Origin: Phoronis australis
Taxonomy: Eukaryota; Animalia; Phoronida
Length of the DNA: 64,000 nucleotides
NCBI GenBank assembly: GCA_002633005.1
Contig: NMRA01000127.1
Coordinates: 124,001-188,000, forward strand
Direction: 5' to 3'
In this document: positions 21,175-35,500 of the stretch, piece by piece
How the letters are laid out: each line of letters opens with the position of its first letter
How positions within the stretch are numbered: the stretch's first letter is position 1
Translations under genes and position numbers: made by a program
The notes under the pieces: model-generated
What the model was told of the DNA's origin: nothing
Seen by the model: only the letters and a program-made list of their open reading frames with translations
Database searches by the model: none

Positions 21175-24100
21175 TCTCGTTCTCTATCTAAAATAACAGA
21201 TTGACAATCGGAAACTTTGGTTGAGGTTTTAAGGATGTATGGCAATATAGCAAAATATGAAGACATCAGTAGATGGTGCATTACAAATTGACTTCGATAT
21301 TTATCCTATCGTTCCAGTCTCAGCTTTGGAAAGTCACATTAGTTGGCTAGAGGTATAAAGAACATAAACACAAAAACAAAAACATGAAAGACTAAAATGC
21401 AAGCCATTTTCACTCTTACCACACACACGCACACACGCACCCCCCCAACATACCCACCCACGTTTAGTAGGATGTTGTCAGGAAAAAGTTATGGTTAACC
21501 AGTTTCTCCAGGTTGCCTGGTATTCATCTAAATTACCATTACTTAATAAAATGAATCTTTGAATAGAAAATTCTCTTCTAATATGTTAAGAAAATGACAG
21601 AAACTGGAAACTCTTTTTTACACTTAGATACTTAACTAAAATATTTTAATTGCAAAAGAATCCAATTTAAACTTTATTTTCATTACATATGTGCAAGCCA
21701 AAAATCATTGTTTTTGTCAATAATGAAATTGATACTTTTTACCGACAACACCCAACAGCGTACTTCTTTTTTATCAATATTTTTATTTTACTGCATTCGA
21801 AAAGGATGTGATCTACTGTTTCAGTTTGTGACTGGCAGAAAACACATGCATCAGAGTTTACCAAGTTTTTTAAGGAAAGAGTTCGTTACAAGTATTCTAT
21901 GTAATAGTTTAAACTGCAATGTACATAATTTGAAATCGTAAGTAGTTTTAAAAGACAATGAAAAAAATTTTTCCAGTCATCATTTCCAAAATTAAAACTT
22001 TCTTCTTGAAATCTTTTTGGGCAATACGCAAATTTTTGTTCTGGCAAACAATTTCATATATCCTTTTACATATTGACGTGCAGTTTAAAAAATACGGTTA
22101 TTAAAAGGTAGTATTGGTCCATTTATCTTAATTAACTGCATTTGTAATGGTGTTTTCCTCAGAAACGACCTAATAGACTCAATCAGAGAACAATATTCCA
22201 AAAAGTGTGGAGGTATATTCGAGATGTTTTTAAATTCAGTAAATGATCAAAACTTGTTATTTTCATCAAGTAGGTCGTTAATAAGAAGAACACAACAACT
22301 AGCATACTTGCTAAAGACGACAGATTTTCTGTCTATTAGTATTTCATCATTATGCCATAAACTTATTGAGAGTAAATCATTTGCATCTTTATGGGGCTGA
22401 AAAAAGACCAGTTATTTAGAACTTCGTTCCAAAAAGGATTGATTACTTCAGTACTATTTTTAATATTTATCGTAATCTATTTTGCCAGGGGTACGCCACG
22501 AGCTATGTTGCGGAGTAAAACAAGAGGAGGATTGCGATGTGTTGGGCACATACAATACATTTTTCCTTAAGAGAAAAGCTTTTATACCTTTTTCGGAAAT
22601 GTTTGCACTGATTCTACTACTGTAAGCCATTGTATACCCACGTAATCAAGGTTTCAATGAAGCACTTCCGTAGTTTCTTTGTTGGGATAATCCAGATCAA
22701 CACAGTAGGGTGGCTTGTATACTTTAAACCTGTTTTTTGTTAAACCACCTTGATGAAATCGGCTGCTGAGGTCTGTTTCATGAAAAGTAACTACATCCCA
22801 AAATATAATCTCTCAGAATATGCACGTAACTGCTGCTTACTGATGAAATTTCTATTAATTATGTCTAGACTGTGATGCTCTTTTAATTAACTGGCTAAGC
22901 CATTATTCAGCAATTGTAAAGCGGGAGCATAACACCAAATTTCTGTACTATGTCTTAAGTCACTTTTCATGAGCGCGATTTCATGAAAGTTACGCTTTAG
23001 ATAGCAAAGACCTTGCCTACAACATGGTTCATAGAGATTTTGAAGCACAAGAACAGTACGAGAAATCCATGAACTAAGTGAACAGGTCTTTTACTCAGTC
23101 ACAATAAACAAATATCAACCGAAGCATGGAATTTGGTATCTTCATGATTTTGTGAATAAAAAGACGCATTGTTAGGAGTACTGTTAAAACCCTATTTAAA
23201 CCAAATATTGGAATACAAACAGTCATTCTCGAATGTAATTCGGATACAATTATTGCAAATATTTTTGAAAATGCGTAGCTTGGGGCAGCAAACAAAAATA
23301 AATTGTGTTAAGTTATAAGAAAACACTAAGAACCAAGTTAATGACTTGCCTGGTTACTTCACGTAGGAACCAAGAGATTGGATCATAGACAGAGTATCCC
23401 TGAAACTGGATTCCTGACGCAGTATTGGAATCATCACCTATTTAAATGCCGCCAGATCATTCCAAACTCATGTGAAGGGGTCGAAGGCTTACGTTTGATA
23501 ATTTCGCTGTGCAGTTTATTTGTTTTATTTGTTGTTGTAGCTTGGGCTAGATATTGTTTCGACAAATAAGTGAAAATCCATATCGACATCAAACGAAAAA
23601 AAACAAATAATGCGACATAATCGAATACAAGCTCCCCTTCATGCGAGTTTGGAACGATTTCGCGTCGGGAAAAATGTGATATTAGATGCCAGGAAGATGA
23701 CTGAAAAAAGGTTAACAAAAGTACTGCCTCCCAAATTGCAATCCATTTTATAAAATATATTTCGGTGTACCCGTGCGGGACTCCTCGCCCGATGCATTAT
23801 CGACGAAAGCTCGCAGTAGTTTGGGTAAATAAATCGATACGGACGCTTATAATATTAAGAGTGAAGTACGGCTCAAAGCAGGCAAAAATGTCCAGAGGGG
23901 TGATAAACCCGATGTCACGGATTTGAACCATACTATGCATTTGAGTTACCTTTGGGATGGCAAACAAAACATTAAAGTCCAATCTCATTTTACCTTGTTT
24001 AAGAGGGAGAAATCTGGGCGCCTCTATTTTGGGGATATACCATGCAATGGACTTACAGAAAATGCCTTATTTACGATGCATAATAAAAAATACGGGTGCA

Positions 24101-24732
24101 CAAGATTATTATTTGTTTGTAATTTTTAAATAAAACAAGTCTCCGGCTTCACGAAGATGTTAAACAATACTCATTAACTCTGCCGCTAGGTTCAAAATTT
24201 TAGGCATAAAGTATAGAGGGGTAAGAGGTTAACAAAGCATTGTAATTTCGCTACACTTTGAGCCCGTATATATCAGCTGGCACAACACTGATCAACACCA
24301 GACTTTTACACAAGACGTTTCTATCTTAGTGATAATGATTGGTACAATAAAATCTTCTGGAGCTTAGCATTTTCATGTAGATTGTGACAACCACCTGAGT
24401 GGAAATTGCTTTGTCCCACTATGTCGACAAATAGGATCTGGATATGACATCCTTTTGATGTTCAAAGGAATCCGGTCAAACTGGCAACAATAAATCATGT
24501 ACCCACAGTGTTTTTTTCTGGTTGTACTTAGGCTCATTTTACATATTGAACGCCATGGATCAAATGAATTATCTCAGCTAAAATCATTGGATCATTCAGA
24601 GGCAGTCACACCTGTGTAGTGGCTGGGCTCTTCAAAGTTCTGCAAAAAGTGTATAATTCGAGAGTGTTACAAACTACCTGTCATTTTTCAGAAAATAGAA
24701 CAACAAAGCAGACCCTGCAAGAACTGCTTCCC

Positions 24733-24871
24733 GTTCAGTAACTCCAGGACCTCGCTAAAAGGCAAAACTTCGCGAGATTACGTGAGAAATTGCCGTGTAT
24801 TTTAAATCAGAACACGTGACTTTGACTAGGTTTTAGCTAGGTCCTAGCGTAGGTCCTAGCGTCTACTGAAC
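24733..24871. mobile_element. Diverged copy of the 3727-3915 MITE family, core inverted
   Basis: aaaacttcgcgagattacgtgaga is the reverse complement of 3807-3830; ggtcctagcgta units; gttcagta/tactgaac termini. Confidence 0.7.
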
Positions 24872-27634
24872 GCACGCCTGCACAGGCGATGACGACGAAT
24901 AAGCAGTTTAGGGAATAACGGTGACTGACACTTCAGCAGGATAAAGGTTTCTTTTCACGCTTGGCTGCCTTGAATCACGCTGGAAAATGATCAAATTAGG
25001 GAGATAATGAACTTGACAGTCTGTGATGTTCAGGAATACTCCGGATTTCACCTTCGCCCGAACATTGTACAATCTGTTGGGTTGTCTGAGTGATTTAACC
25101 AGTTGTTGTTGATGTGATATTGTAGAAACTGAGGTAAATGCAAAAAATAGCAACACTTGCTGTGATTTTGTAAGTAAAATTTAGGATTTTTAGTCAGTGT
25201 TCTGGTTGAAACCTTGTTGTCCAATTTATTAAAGGATGCTGGTATTTCAGTTTTCATCTTTCAAATTCATATTACACTCAACTTCACTTAACTAAAAAGC
25301 GAAGCCTTATCTCAGTGTTGACATATATACAAGCTTATGGAATGGTGGTGACTTAGGCAGACTGGCGGGTTTCATGTAGTGTATGTGATGACAAGTTGAG
25401 GGAGGAGGCCTCTGCATTTTGAAAGGTTAACTTTGGGAATGCCATAATTGAACCAATTCACAGGAATTTAGTTAAAAAGAGCACATTTAGATGTCTCGTT
25501 TTTCCATGCTACTTTGTACCACTTAACTGGATGACTAGTGTTAAACCAGACTGCAGTCACATTGAAAATCATTTTTGACTTTAATTTGTTCTAACATTGT
25601 TTTTGCAGAATGACGAGTTTTTTTGTACGGTATGCGATGATGAGTTAAGGGATGTGCCGAATTCACCTGTATTTTGAATGGTCACTTTTTACTTCAAAGT
25701 GGTCTAACATTGTATATACAGACTGAGGAGTTAGTGTACAGTATGGGATGAGGAGGTACATGTAAGCGAGATCACCTGTATTTTGAACAGTTAACGCAGG
25801 AGTGTCATATTTGAGCCAATCCATTAGCGCTTAGATCAGCTACCACATTTAGATATTTTTGTTGTGATTTTGCCCAAGAAAAGCTGGTAGTCTTGCTATT
25901 ACAGCATCCTCACTTGTTTCACGTGACCTCTGCAGTGGATTAAAATCTGATCATGCTTCCAACAGGAGGCATTTATGTAGTCAAGTAACAGCTGATCACC
26001 TGGAACAGGATACCTTTGCCCTCTAGAGGACTGGGAAGCAATATGAATTCACTTCTTTACACTTCTCACAACTTGTCACACACACTTATCCAACTATGTT
26101 CCTCTGTGCCTCCCACTGCGCAGATGAAGTATCTTCTTACTGGTAGCTGGTTCCATGTAGTCAGTCGCCATTGCTACTCGAAAGTATCCCATTTTTTCAC
26201 TTCTGTCAGTCACAACAAACTACATACATATAGCGAAATGATAACACTAGCCAGCCATACCACTCCAAAAAGTGAAGTTATTGGGGCACTTGCGGCTATA
26301 TAACGTCCACGGAAATCTGGTCACCAGTGGTTTTGCCTTTGCCTGTAATTGACAATGAATCTTTCACCTTGACACTGTACTCCGCTTTCAACGTCCTGCA
26401 TCAAAACCACTTGAAGATTTTTCAAAATAATTGTGCTCAGACACACTCCAGAGCTAACTGACAGCAAGCATCTTTTTTGTTAACAGGACCATCACAGGTT
26501 AAACCAAAAATAAATGATACTGTTCAAACAACACTGTAGGATTTGGAGAGTCGCAAGAGGGGGGGGGGGGAAGGTGGCAACCACGATTTTTGAAGGAAAA
26601 TGTTATGAAAATGATTTATCGGCGGTGCTTTGTTTTTAGCCGTGCGAATAAACTTACTGAGAATTGTAAAACCAATGAGATTTGAATATTGACTCTCGCA
26701 AAAGGTGTCCTGCCAAAACTACTTCTGTTTGTCTAGTAAGTATACTAATTCCATGACTACGAGCACTTTTCAGAACTAAAGTAGAGTACCCTCGGTGCCT
26801 AGAAAATACGAAATTTGATAAATGATCAATTGATCCGCAGCTTGCGGGCCAACTAGTAGCAAATATTCACTTTTTGATGACGTTTGTCGGCATTACTGCT
26901 TCTGGTGAAATAGCGTAACCACCAGTAACTTTCGACTTCAAATGACATGAAATCCGTTAGCGCCAGATAAATTTTGGCCTCATTTTGTAGACCTATCTCA
27001 ACACATTGGTTGGTACTAAAATGTTCTGAAATTTGTGTCAGCTGATATATCTAGATACGAATTTAGCCAATTTTAACACTTTCAAAAACCACTAAAAGTA
27101 CTCATCTTATGGGGCTCTGAAAATAGACAAAAATTATCCAAATCTTTTAAATTTGAATGAATGAAGAAGTCAAATGTCACACCTGATCAGTAATACAGGT
27201 TCAATATTTCAACGCTGCTTCCACTGCGTAACGTAATTGTCGAAAGTTTACTAAAACTCAACTGCTGCCAGGCGCAAAACTTGCCGGAATCGAATAGTAT
27301 CCATGGAAACGAAAAGGGGGCGTTTTGAAAAAAATAAAGGTGCCTAGTCTAGAGTCAGTGGGGCCAGTGCCAACAGACACAGAAAATATAAAGAAGAATC
27401 TGTGACATGTTTATCACCTACTGCCTGGTTCATTCTCGAACATGCTTTTAAGGCGTAGATTGACGGATCCTGGGTGCGTCATCCACATTTGAAGGTAAAA
27501 TAATGCGAAATTGGCTCACATTGGCACCATCGGACACCAATTGTCTTTTAAGTCCACAATTCTTCGGAGTTAGCCCTTATATGTTCAACATTCTAATGAG
27601 CTCAAATCTATACTCTTTTGGCTCTCCATTTCGT

Positions 27635-27872
27635 CAAAAGTTGCCACAATTTTATTTCTAACACACATACTCCGTGCTATTTTAAAAGCAGTCAACGAGG
27701 TTTTTATCATAGCTATAGGGTCACTTGGGAGCAGTACTGTCTTTGTAGATGACTTGAATTTAAAATTTCCTTCAAACTTTTTTGTGTTCTTCCCATATAC
27801 ACGTTTTACCAGGAAGGGTGTAACTTAATGTTGAAGTCTTTACATACAAAACAACACCAATTCGGTCCCTGG
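27635..27872 (-). mobile_element. Polinton/Maverick-like coding fragment, degraded copy
   Basis: Aligns by eye to 55326-55622; the minus strand retains an LLPSDP motif. Confidence 0.5.
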
Positions 27873-29949
27873 ATATCGCACATTAGTGTCCCTGGTGTGC
27901 ATTGGATAAGACATGGTTTATAGTTAATTTCCTCACTGTGGAGGGTCTCTTGTGAAGCTCGATGACAGCCATAGAACGCGACAGGTGGGGTTGGGTGTAA
28001 CACGTAACCTGTTTATGGACGGAGAAACCTAAGGTGCATGAGAATGACGGAAAGGGTGCTTCAAACTAGTGTCAACTGGGGGGTTTGCCAGTGCTTTATT
28101 GGCAAATTTTGATGTATTTGTATATGTACACGGCCCAGCGCACAAAATTTTAAACGTATACAGGTCCCGCAAAATGTGGGACTCGCGTCTATTAATATGA
28201 GTCACCAATGAGTGGATTTTTATTTTACTTGTACATGTAGGCCTACGTAGTCTTCGGTCCTCGCTTTACCTCTTTTCCAATAAGTCGTCCGGGCCTTTAC
28301 TCTTGCGTGTTCACGCATCTCATTTTGATACTGGTTTTCTGTGCATCCTTTTCATTCCCTAAGTAATTGTTTCTGGATCCGTTCTCCACCCAAGCATGTT
28401 CTATGTTACACGTTTCTTTTTTACAGTCGGTATTAATATTTTTGACATTACGGTTTTTGGTATATCGTATGTGTTTTGTATTTTGTCACATATATCTATC
28501 TTAACTAGATTAACCAAATTAAATTGCAGTCTACCTTTGCTACGAACTAGTTTCACATTACACAAAACACAAACGCACTTCAAGTTAATCCACATCGGAG
28601 TCCTATACTGACCTCAGAATACTCTAAAACATTTAGTACACGTACATAACGAAGATTTGCTTCTTCCAACTGTGTAATAGTATTCAATTCATTCACCTAT
28701 ACCGTGTATACTTTGGAGAGCACACGTTTGAATCTCACATTCTCGGCATTGGCGGATCTCCCACGAAGTAAGGGCGGGCGGTTTCAATTTTCTTTAAAAA
28801 ATGGCAGCGTAGCACTTAAAAATGGCAGGCCGGTGGCGCGCTTTGGACGTGTCTCGGATTGGGAGGGATTCTGAGCTCTCTAGGCCTGTTATTGTGAATT
28901 CGCTTTATGATACTTGTTAGAATTAAAACCGATGCGAACTTTATTTGCCTTGCATGACAGAAGCCAACTTTTGATTTAACTCCCTTATGGTTATAAGATT
29001 GGTCTTGAATAGTTCCTTAGTCAAAATAAGGTGTAATTTCGAGGCTCCGTCACATATAGAGTACAAACTCCGTGTATGTATACTTCCAGGGAAGGCGCTT
29101 GCGATTGACGAGATTATTTGTTTACATTGGTCATTACTTAGAATGCCTAAGCCCTCAGTATAATTCAACTTTGCAGTGTTAAATATAGAACAATGTATTA
29201 ATTCAAAATTCACATAATTCAGTACGACTCGCATAGGGTTTTGACAATAAGCTCGTGCTTTCGGAGTTCATTGCATTCACAAGATGTGATTTATTCTCGT
29301 GACTCTTACGTACCTCAAATATGTTTAATCATCTGTTACCGTGCTCGAAATTTTCTAATGGCACCTCAGCTCACACAATGCTTTTACCTATTTGGCAATT
29401 TGTCTGAAGAGGCAGAAAAATACTTGTCCTTGCACAACGCCAAACAATTCTCTGAGAAAACAAAACGCAACACATTTGCTGAAGACTCATGTGTTAAATG
29501 TTTACATTCTGCAACAGTGCGGAAGAAGGAATATGAAGACTTAAACCTACCGCAAAATTTGTCCGTACTGGTGAAATAATGAATTTTCCTGGAATACCGA
29601 AAAATGCAACGATTCGGAATGCCTGTATATGACTTTAAGGTCATAGCATTTATTCTGATATATTATCGTGTTGGCTGGATATTAGCCATGATCTGTACTC
29701 TCACAGTTAATAAAGCATTGATTGTCTAAAACCTTTCCGTGAAAATAACTAAAAAAACAAAACGGTACATGTTTCAAAGGTTACAGTAGACGGCATAGGT
29801 CGAAGTAATGTCTTTTCCAAGAAAATTTTAACTTAGATGACCTTTTATTCGAAGATAAGTCTGACTTCTGGGAATTTATGGTATGCACTGACAAGTTGGA
29901 AGTTCTTGAATGTGTTTGTATGACAGACATCAGAAGTTAAATCATCAAA

Positions 29950-30850
29950 AGAATACATTGCACTTGAGGTTTTCACAGAGTTAAGCATTTCAATCTTATA
30001 TAGTGGGAAAATGTGGGCCAGGTATTTTGTTTGCATTAGATTAGATGCAAATGTCATCATTTCTATATCGGAAAGTGACTCAAGGTCAGCGCAACTGCCA
30101 ATTCCCGAAAAACAAAGCACTAAATCGACAGACAATAGTATCATGTTTCAGAAATTCTTAAAGGCAGTACAAATGACGTGGCTAGACATGTTTGAGAATA
30201 AGAAAACAGGGTTTGGAGAGAGCACTAGGCAATGTAGATGTTTTGTGAATGTTGAAAAAGAACCTTTTTATTCCAAATTATTCCATGTTTTATCAAAATG
30301 TAACCATTTCGAATTTGCGATATATAACTTTTTCTACTATCACAATCGAAACAACAGACCTGAATGAAAATTCTCGTTTGAAGAGATTTCTTGAAAACTT
30401 TCTTGGTACATTTCGGAACTGTGATCCTGTAATGAAGACTCCGTTTTACGAATCAATCACGGCAACTTATTCGTAGAATCATCATAATGAAAATGAAGTA
30501 TCCTCTTCAGTTCTAGAAACGATAAACAACTACCCACTTGCTGGACATTCAAGATATTACAGGAACAAAATTTTAGATACTTATTCACTATGTAATGACT
30601 CAAGCTACTACTTCAACTTTGTTCATCGTGAATATTTATATAAAAATTGCACAGAAACAGACTACTCATTTAGTACTCATACATACACGCACACGCAAAC
30701 ATACAAACAAATGTAGTTAAACAATTTGATTAGGGTATCGATCATATTGCATTCTGTAGAGTGTACATATTTTTACGGATGTTTCAGGTGCTTGTAGTAT
30801 TGATTCCATATGTCACTCTTCCAATCGCGAACAGTAAATAAAAGATACCG
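29950..30850 (+). mobile_element. Highly degraded non-LTR retrotransposon 3' region
   Basis: Broken frames resembling RTE/CR1-group C-termini (WL...GFG, EKEPF), ending in an aataaa-containing tail; boundaries vague. Confidence 0.3.
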
Positions 30851-31357
30851 TCTTACATTGTCTACAGCATATTTGTATTGGTGTTGTATTGTATCATAAT
30901 GTACAGTGGTCTTCGACGAAGCGGGAAAATGTCCTAGCTCGACCTTCGGTCTCGTTGGATCATTCCCAGATGATTTTGATACGATAAGAAAGTAGACGTA
31001 TGTGGGATAAAATCTATCGCGTTTTGCCTTTCCGCAAAAGTTGCCACAATTTCATTTCATATAGGCTCAGAACACTTTAAAATCGAATGCATCCACTTTT
31101 CACTATTACTTAGAAACGTGCGGCGCTTCCTAGAGATGAATGATTGTGATCTTACTAGAAGGACTTCAAGCTATAAATAGATGTTCTGACACCCACCATA
31201 ACCAGAACACCTATACAAATAAAATAAGAGCAAATGGACCTCCCATGGCGGGAATTACGTACATATAGATGTACCCATCGTGGACATACTAACGCTAAAA
31301 TTGGTCTGTGACCTTATACCAGTTAAATGCTCTAAAGTAGTGTGTCATTTATCCACT

Positions 31358-31395
31358 GGGATTTAGCTCAATCAGTAGAGCCCCTACCTGTGAGG
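31358..31395 (+). mobile_element. tRNA 5'-half-like fragment (SINE head or tRNA pseudogene)
   Basis: gggatttagctcaatcagtagagc resembles a tRNA acceptor stem and D arm; the 3' half is missing. Confidence 0.4.
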
Positions 31396-31439
31396 ACGAA
31401 ATGATATTTTAAAAGGTTACTGCAAGACATGGGAACTTT

Positions 31440-32570
31440 ATAAACGATCTTTTTATTACAAAACTGGTACAGATACAAATATACATAACACAACAACGTA
31501 AGAACTGTACAAGAGAAAAAAGCATGTGATTATTTATTCTAAGCTCTATGCATTTAAAAAATAATTCAGATTCTGTTCTGGCATCTAGTCAATACTCTCG
31601 TTCCCGTCAAAGACACATTTCCAATCCTCGTATTTGAATTTCTGTATATTTAAAGAAGCAATGATTAAAGCACACTTTCAAAAATTTTAACATATATTAA
31701 ATTTGGTTTAACATAAGCAAATTTTGTTTCTGAAAATGAACAATCCAACTTGTAAAATGGACCAGTTCAAAATTCTATTCTCTTCATTGTCAATACCAAA
31801 TATAATAGTGGTTTTGTCTACAGTATTTGAAAATTTACTTGCATTGCAGTTGTTTACCAGAGACGGACCCCGTGCCATAGAGTGTTAAAATATTCAAATT
31901 CAACGAATAATTTTATTTAAAAATAATTAGTAGGTAGACTTCTGTGCAGGAAGCGGACTGAAAGAAAACTGATTTTGTGTCATTTGTAAATTCACGTGGA
32001 AGTTTGTAATAGAAGTTCCACATCTTCTCTCATAGCGAAAAATACAATAATTGGAATTTCTTTGTGCCGATAGAGTTACGTCAATTTTATGCAGAATATT
32101 GTTAAAATTCCTACATCCATTTTTCGTCAAAATTCTGTTTTAAAGAAAAAGGTAAAATCGGTCCATATAGTTACCTTTTTAGACTCAATTTTTGGAAAAA
32201 ATATTCATATACCTTTTCATTGCACTAACAATTGAGTAATATTTGAAAATATTGGCATTAATGTGATGAATCGTCTGGAAACTTTCAAAACTGTAAAAAT
32301 TACTACCCCATCTAAAAAGTTGTTCAAAATATTATACCTTTTTTAACGAATAACCATGAATGCAAGTGCTGTTTTCCACCGTAACATTTCTGTTACACAT
32401 TAATTGACGCCACATCTTCGTGTCCAGAAATAGTTTGTTTATGAACTAAAAAGTTCCAATACAATAAATGATCTTAGTTAATGTGAATAACGACGTTTGT
32501 AACACAAATGCTTCATCGATGACATTTCGTTCACGGAAGCTGCCAGCATTGTTATCTTGGTTAATTTCTT
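31440..32570 (-). mobile_element. L1/Tx1-like LINE 3' fragment, degraded
   Basis: Minus-strand remnants FTNDTK...FFQ and DKTTIIFGID...ILN...FIFRNK typical of Tx1-type ORF2 C-termini; many stops. Confidence 0.55.
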
Positions 32571-35500
32571 CATATATTTGATACCACCCGTTTTTCAGAC
32601 CTACCATGTATTCGTTATATTTGGGCATTGCTGGCAGTAACGTTCATGGCGGCTAGTGACCTGCGTGCTTTGCATTAACGCATTGTATCTATGTATTGAC
32701 CACTCTCAGAGATAACATTTTGGTCACTAAAACCATCTTTAATGTTAAGCGAAGATTACGAAAAAGACTTTTAAATCATCCACAACCAAATTGCTTTGAC
32801 ACTGGATTCAACATTGACGGAGAGTTGCAGGTTGCGCCATTAGTAATCGCACGCATCCTTGTATTTGTAATGTTGAGCTTATTTTATATTTTTGGCAATT
32901 ATCCTTTCTCAGGTTTTAGGCTGCTATCCAACACCTCACATATGAACGAACGGGTCGCTCTCTGAACTGTGAATATCCATTCTACTTTCCATACCTCGGT
33001 GCGTTCTCCTTGATAGCAGTTACATTTGTTCCACAAATCGGCTTCGTCTTGAAGGCAGTCATCCTTGTGATTCTTGGCTGTACGGTGTTTGTTGAGCCAA
33101 CGTTTCACAATTATGACATCAGCATTTTGGGATGGTTTATATACGTTGCATTTGTGCTATACGTGATGTACTTCTAATTGCGAACGAGAATCTGACCATC
33201 CTCCACCTACTGTACGTTAAATATGAAAAATAATTTTTTATTCAGATACTCAAAGATACATAAAATACCCCTATTAGTTCGATTTATAAATTTGAATATA
33301 GTAGATCACTGTTTATTTTTTCTTGAGAAATTGAACAAAAAATCATAGAAATACTGGCCCTAAATTGACAACATTGCATGCAGCCAGATGAATAATTATA
33401 ATAACAATAAATACATTAAAAAGGATGATGACTGACATATATTAAAATCGCAAGAGGCAATTCCTATGATAAAACAACATAATACGATCAAATTAAAAAC
33501 ACAGACAGTGAAAAGTGTTTACAAGTACATTGTTGTTGTGTTCTGTTTCGGATTTAGAGGGGGTCCAAGAGACCACAACCCCAGCCTTTGAAAGTCTCTC
33601 CACTCAAGGGGTCGCAACTGAGATCTCGGATTCAACGTGTTGGTGATCAAGGTGCTTCCTTCAAATTCGCAAACTTTTTTATAAGTCTTAGGGTAGTTTA
33701 ATGCGCCCTTCCAATTAACTTCACAGTTAGTCTATAACAGCATATTTGTTCCTGGTCTGTCATTTTCAGGATCTAAGGTCACCGACTAAAAAACAACCGC
33801 CCGCAAAAGCTTCAGCAAAGGTCTGTTTTTTTTTGAAAATCTGCACAAAACCGCGTTATCCAAGGGTGTATGCAAGGTTTGAAGCGTCATACATTGCCAA
33901 GTGATCAGTAAAAACCGCTCTTGTCTCAGGTGGAAAGATATAGCACCACTGATTTGATTTTCAGAAAATAACGAGAGACCAGAAGCAACAGTATTTTTAG
34001 CCTCACGGTCTACTCTTTGGAACGAAAGTGATTAGTTGCGATGTCTGCACGGCTAAAGTCCTTTAAGACAACTGTGGCCGACATGATTTGCATATGATCC
34101 TTTACCCAGCACGTGAGGATCAATATTTACATGACGAGTGATTTACTTCATGTTTACTCTTTGGTAAAAAATAAACGAGTGCAACTTAGGAACTCGAGAT
34201 TTGATAGTTACATTTTGTCTTAACAAGACTTTTTTCAGTTTGCACACTGGCTTGTGTAGTATAAGGTAACCGCCTAATTTCGCTACCAATTGTCTTGTTT
34301 CATAAATATTTAATCGAAAATACTAATTGGCCACTGGATGATCTTGGTTTAGGATATCTCGAATCGGAACCGACTACAAAAAGATCTAAAGAAAACCTGA
34401 TCTAGAACATTAAGTGGAAGTTAAATTTGAATTTTAACTTTATTAGTGAGGGGTGGAGAAAGAGAACCACAGGCTCTGTAAATTTTAAAAATGATATTAA
34501 ATTGAAATGGTGCCAGACTTATTCATAGAATAATTAGTACCAAGGATTTCCTTTTTTAAAATTGGCATCTGGTCTTCAAACTTGTGACTTTTTTGTAGAA
34601 AGGAGCCAGTAGTTTTAATTCACCTCCTTTGGCCTTGCGAAGTTCTACAGTCTTTTTGGGATTCCTTTCAAAATTGGATTTAAATAAAACAGGAGTGGTG
34701 TTAAATTTAATTTCTATGAACATCTTTTTGGAAGAGATGAAAAAAATGTCGATCTCTTGATTTGCCTGGCAAAATTACACACCTACTACATGCGTTTAGA
34801 AAAATGACCCCTTGCTAACCTTTGCTTAAGATCAAATTATGATATTTTATACTAGAAAAGCTTATAACAAAATAAATTCAATGATAGATGGACCCGTAGT
34901 ATGGCTTCTTTGTTTTTATAATAACCATGGATTGATCTTTGGTGTGAATATGGCGTGTATGTGGGTGTGTTTGAAATCAATTTCATGACATTGTAATCCT
35001 TCTTGTGAGCTAATAAATGTATATTTTAAAAAAAATCAGACGCGTGGAATTTTCCTAAAACCGCTATGCGCGTGTTGTCGTTTTTTCGATCATGGCCGAA
35101 GGGGAGGAGGAGCCTAAATTTTCAACATATGAAACAACATATTTCAAAATCAATCACATTTTTCGCGTCCACTCCGCATTGTTATTAAAAACTAATAATC
35201 ACATGAATACAAATGCCCGGAGATTTGTTTCGTTAGATGATAAGTTTCTATGCTCATGCGTTTTAGGAATGCATGGTTTCAATTTTGAGCTAAAAATTAG
35301 TTGAAAAAATGTAAACGTTCGTGACGAAGTTAAGCAGACCAATGTAAGTCGATGTAGCCAACATTAAGTGACTTCCTTAAATCGTTGGAAATACAAATCA
35401 ATACATTAACAGTTTCAATTTTGAAATATATGACGTGGTTAGTCATCTAACACTGGTCAATGTAGTAAGTGTATGTGACACGCCATTAGCGGAATGCTGA

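Noticed and set aside
31358-31395. Functional tRNA gene
   Set aside because: Only a 5' half is present, with no T arm or acceptor partner.
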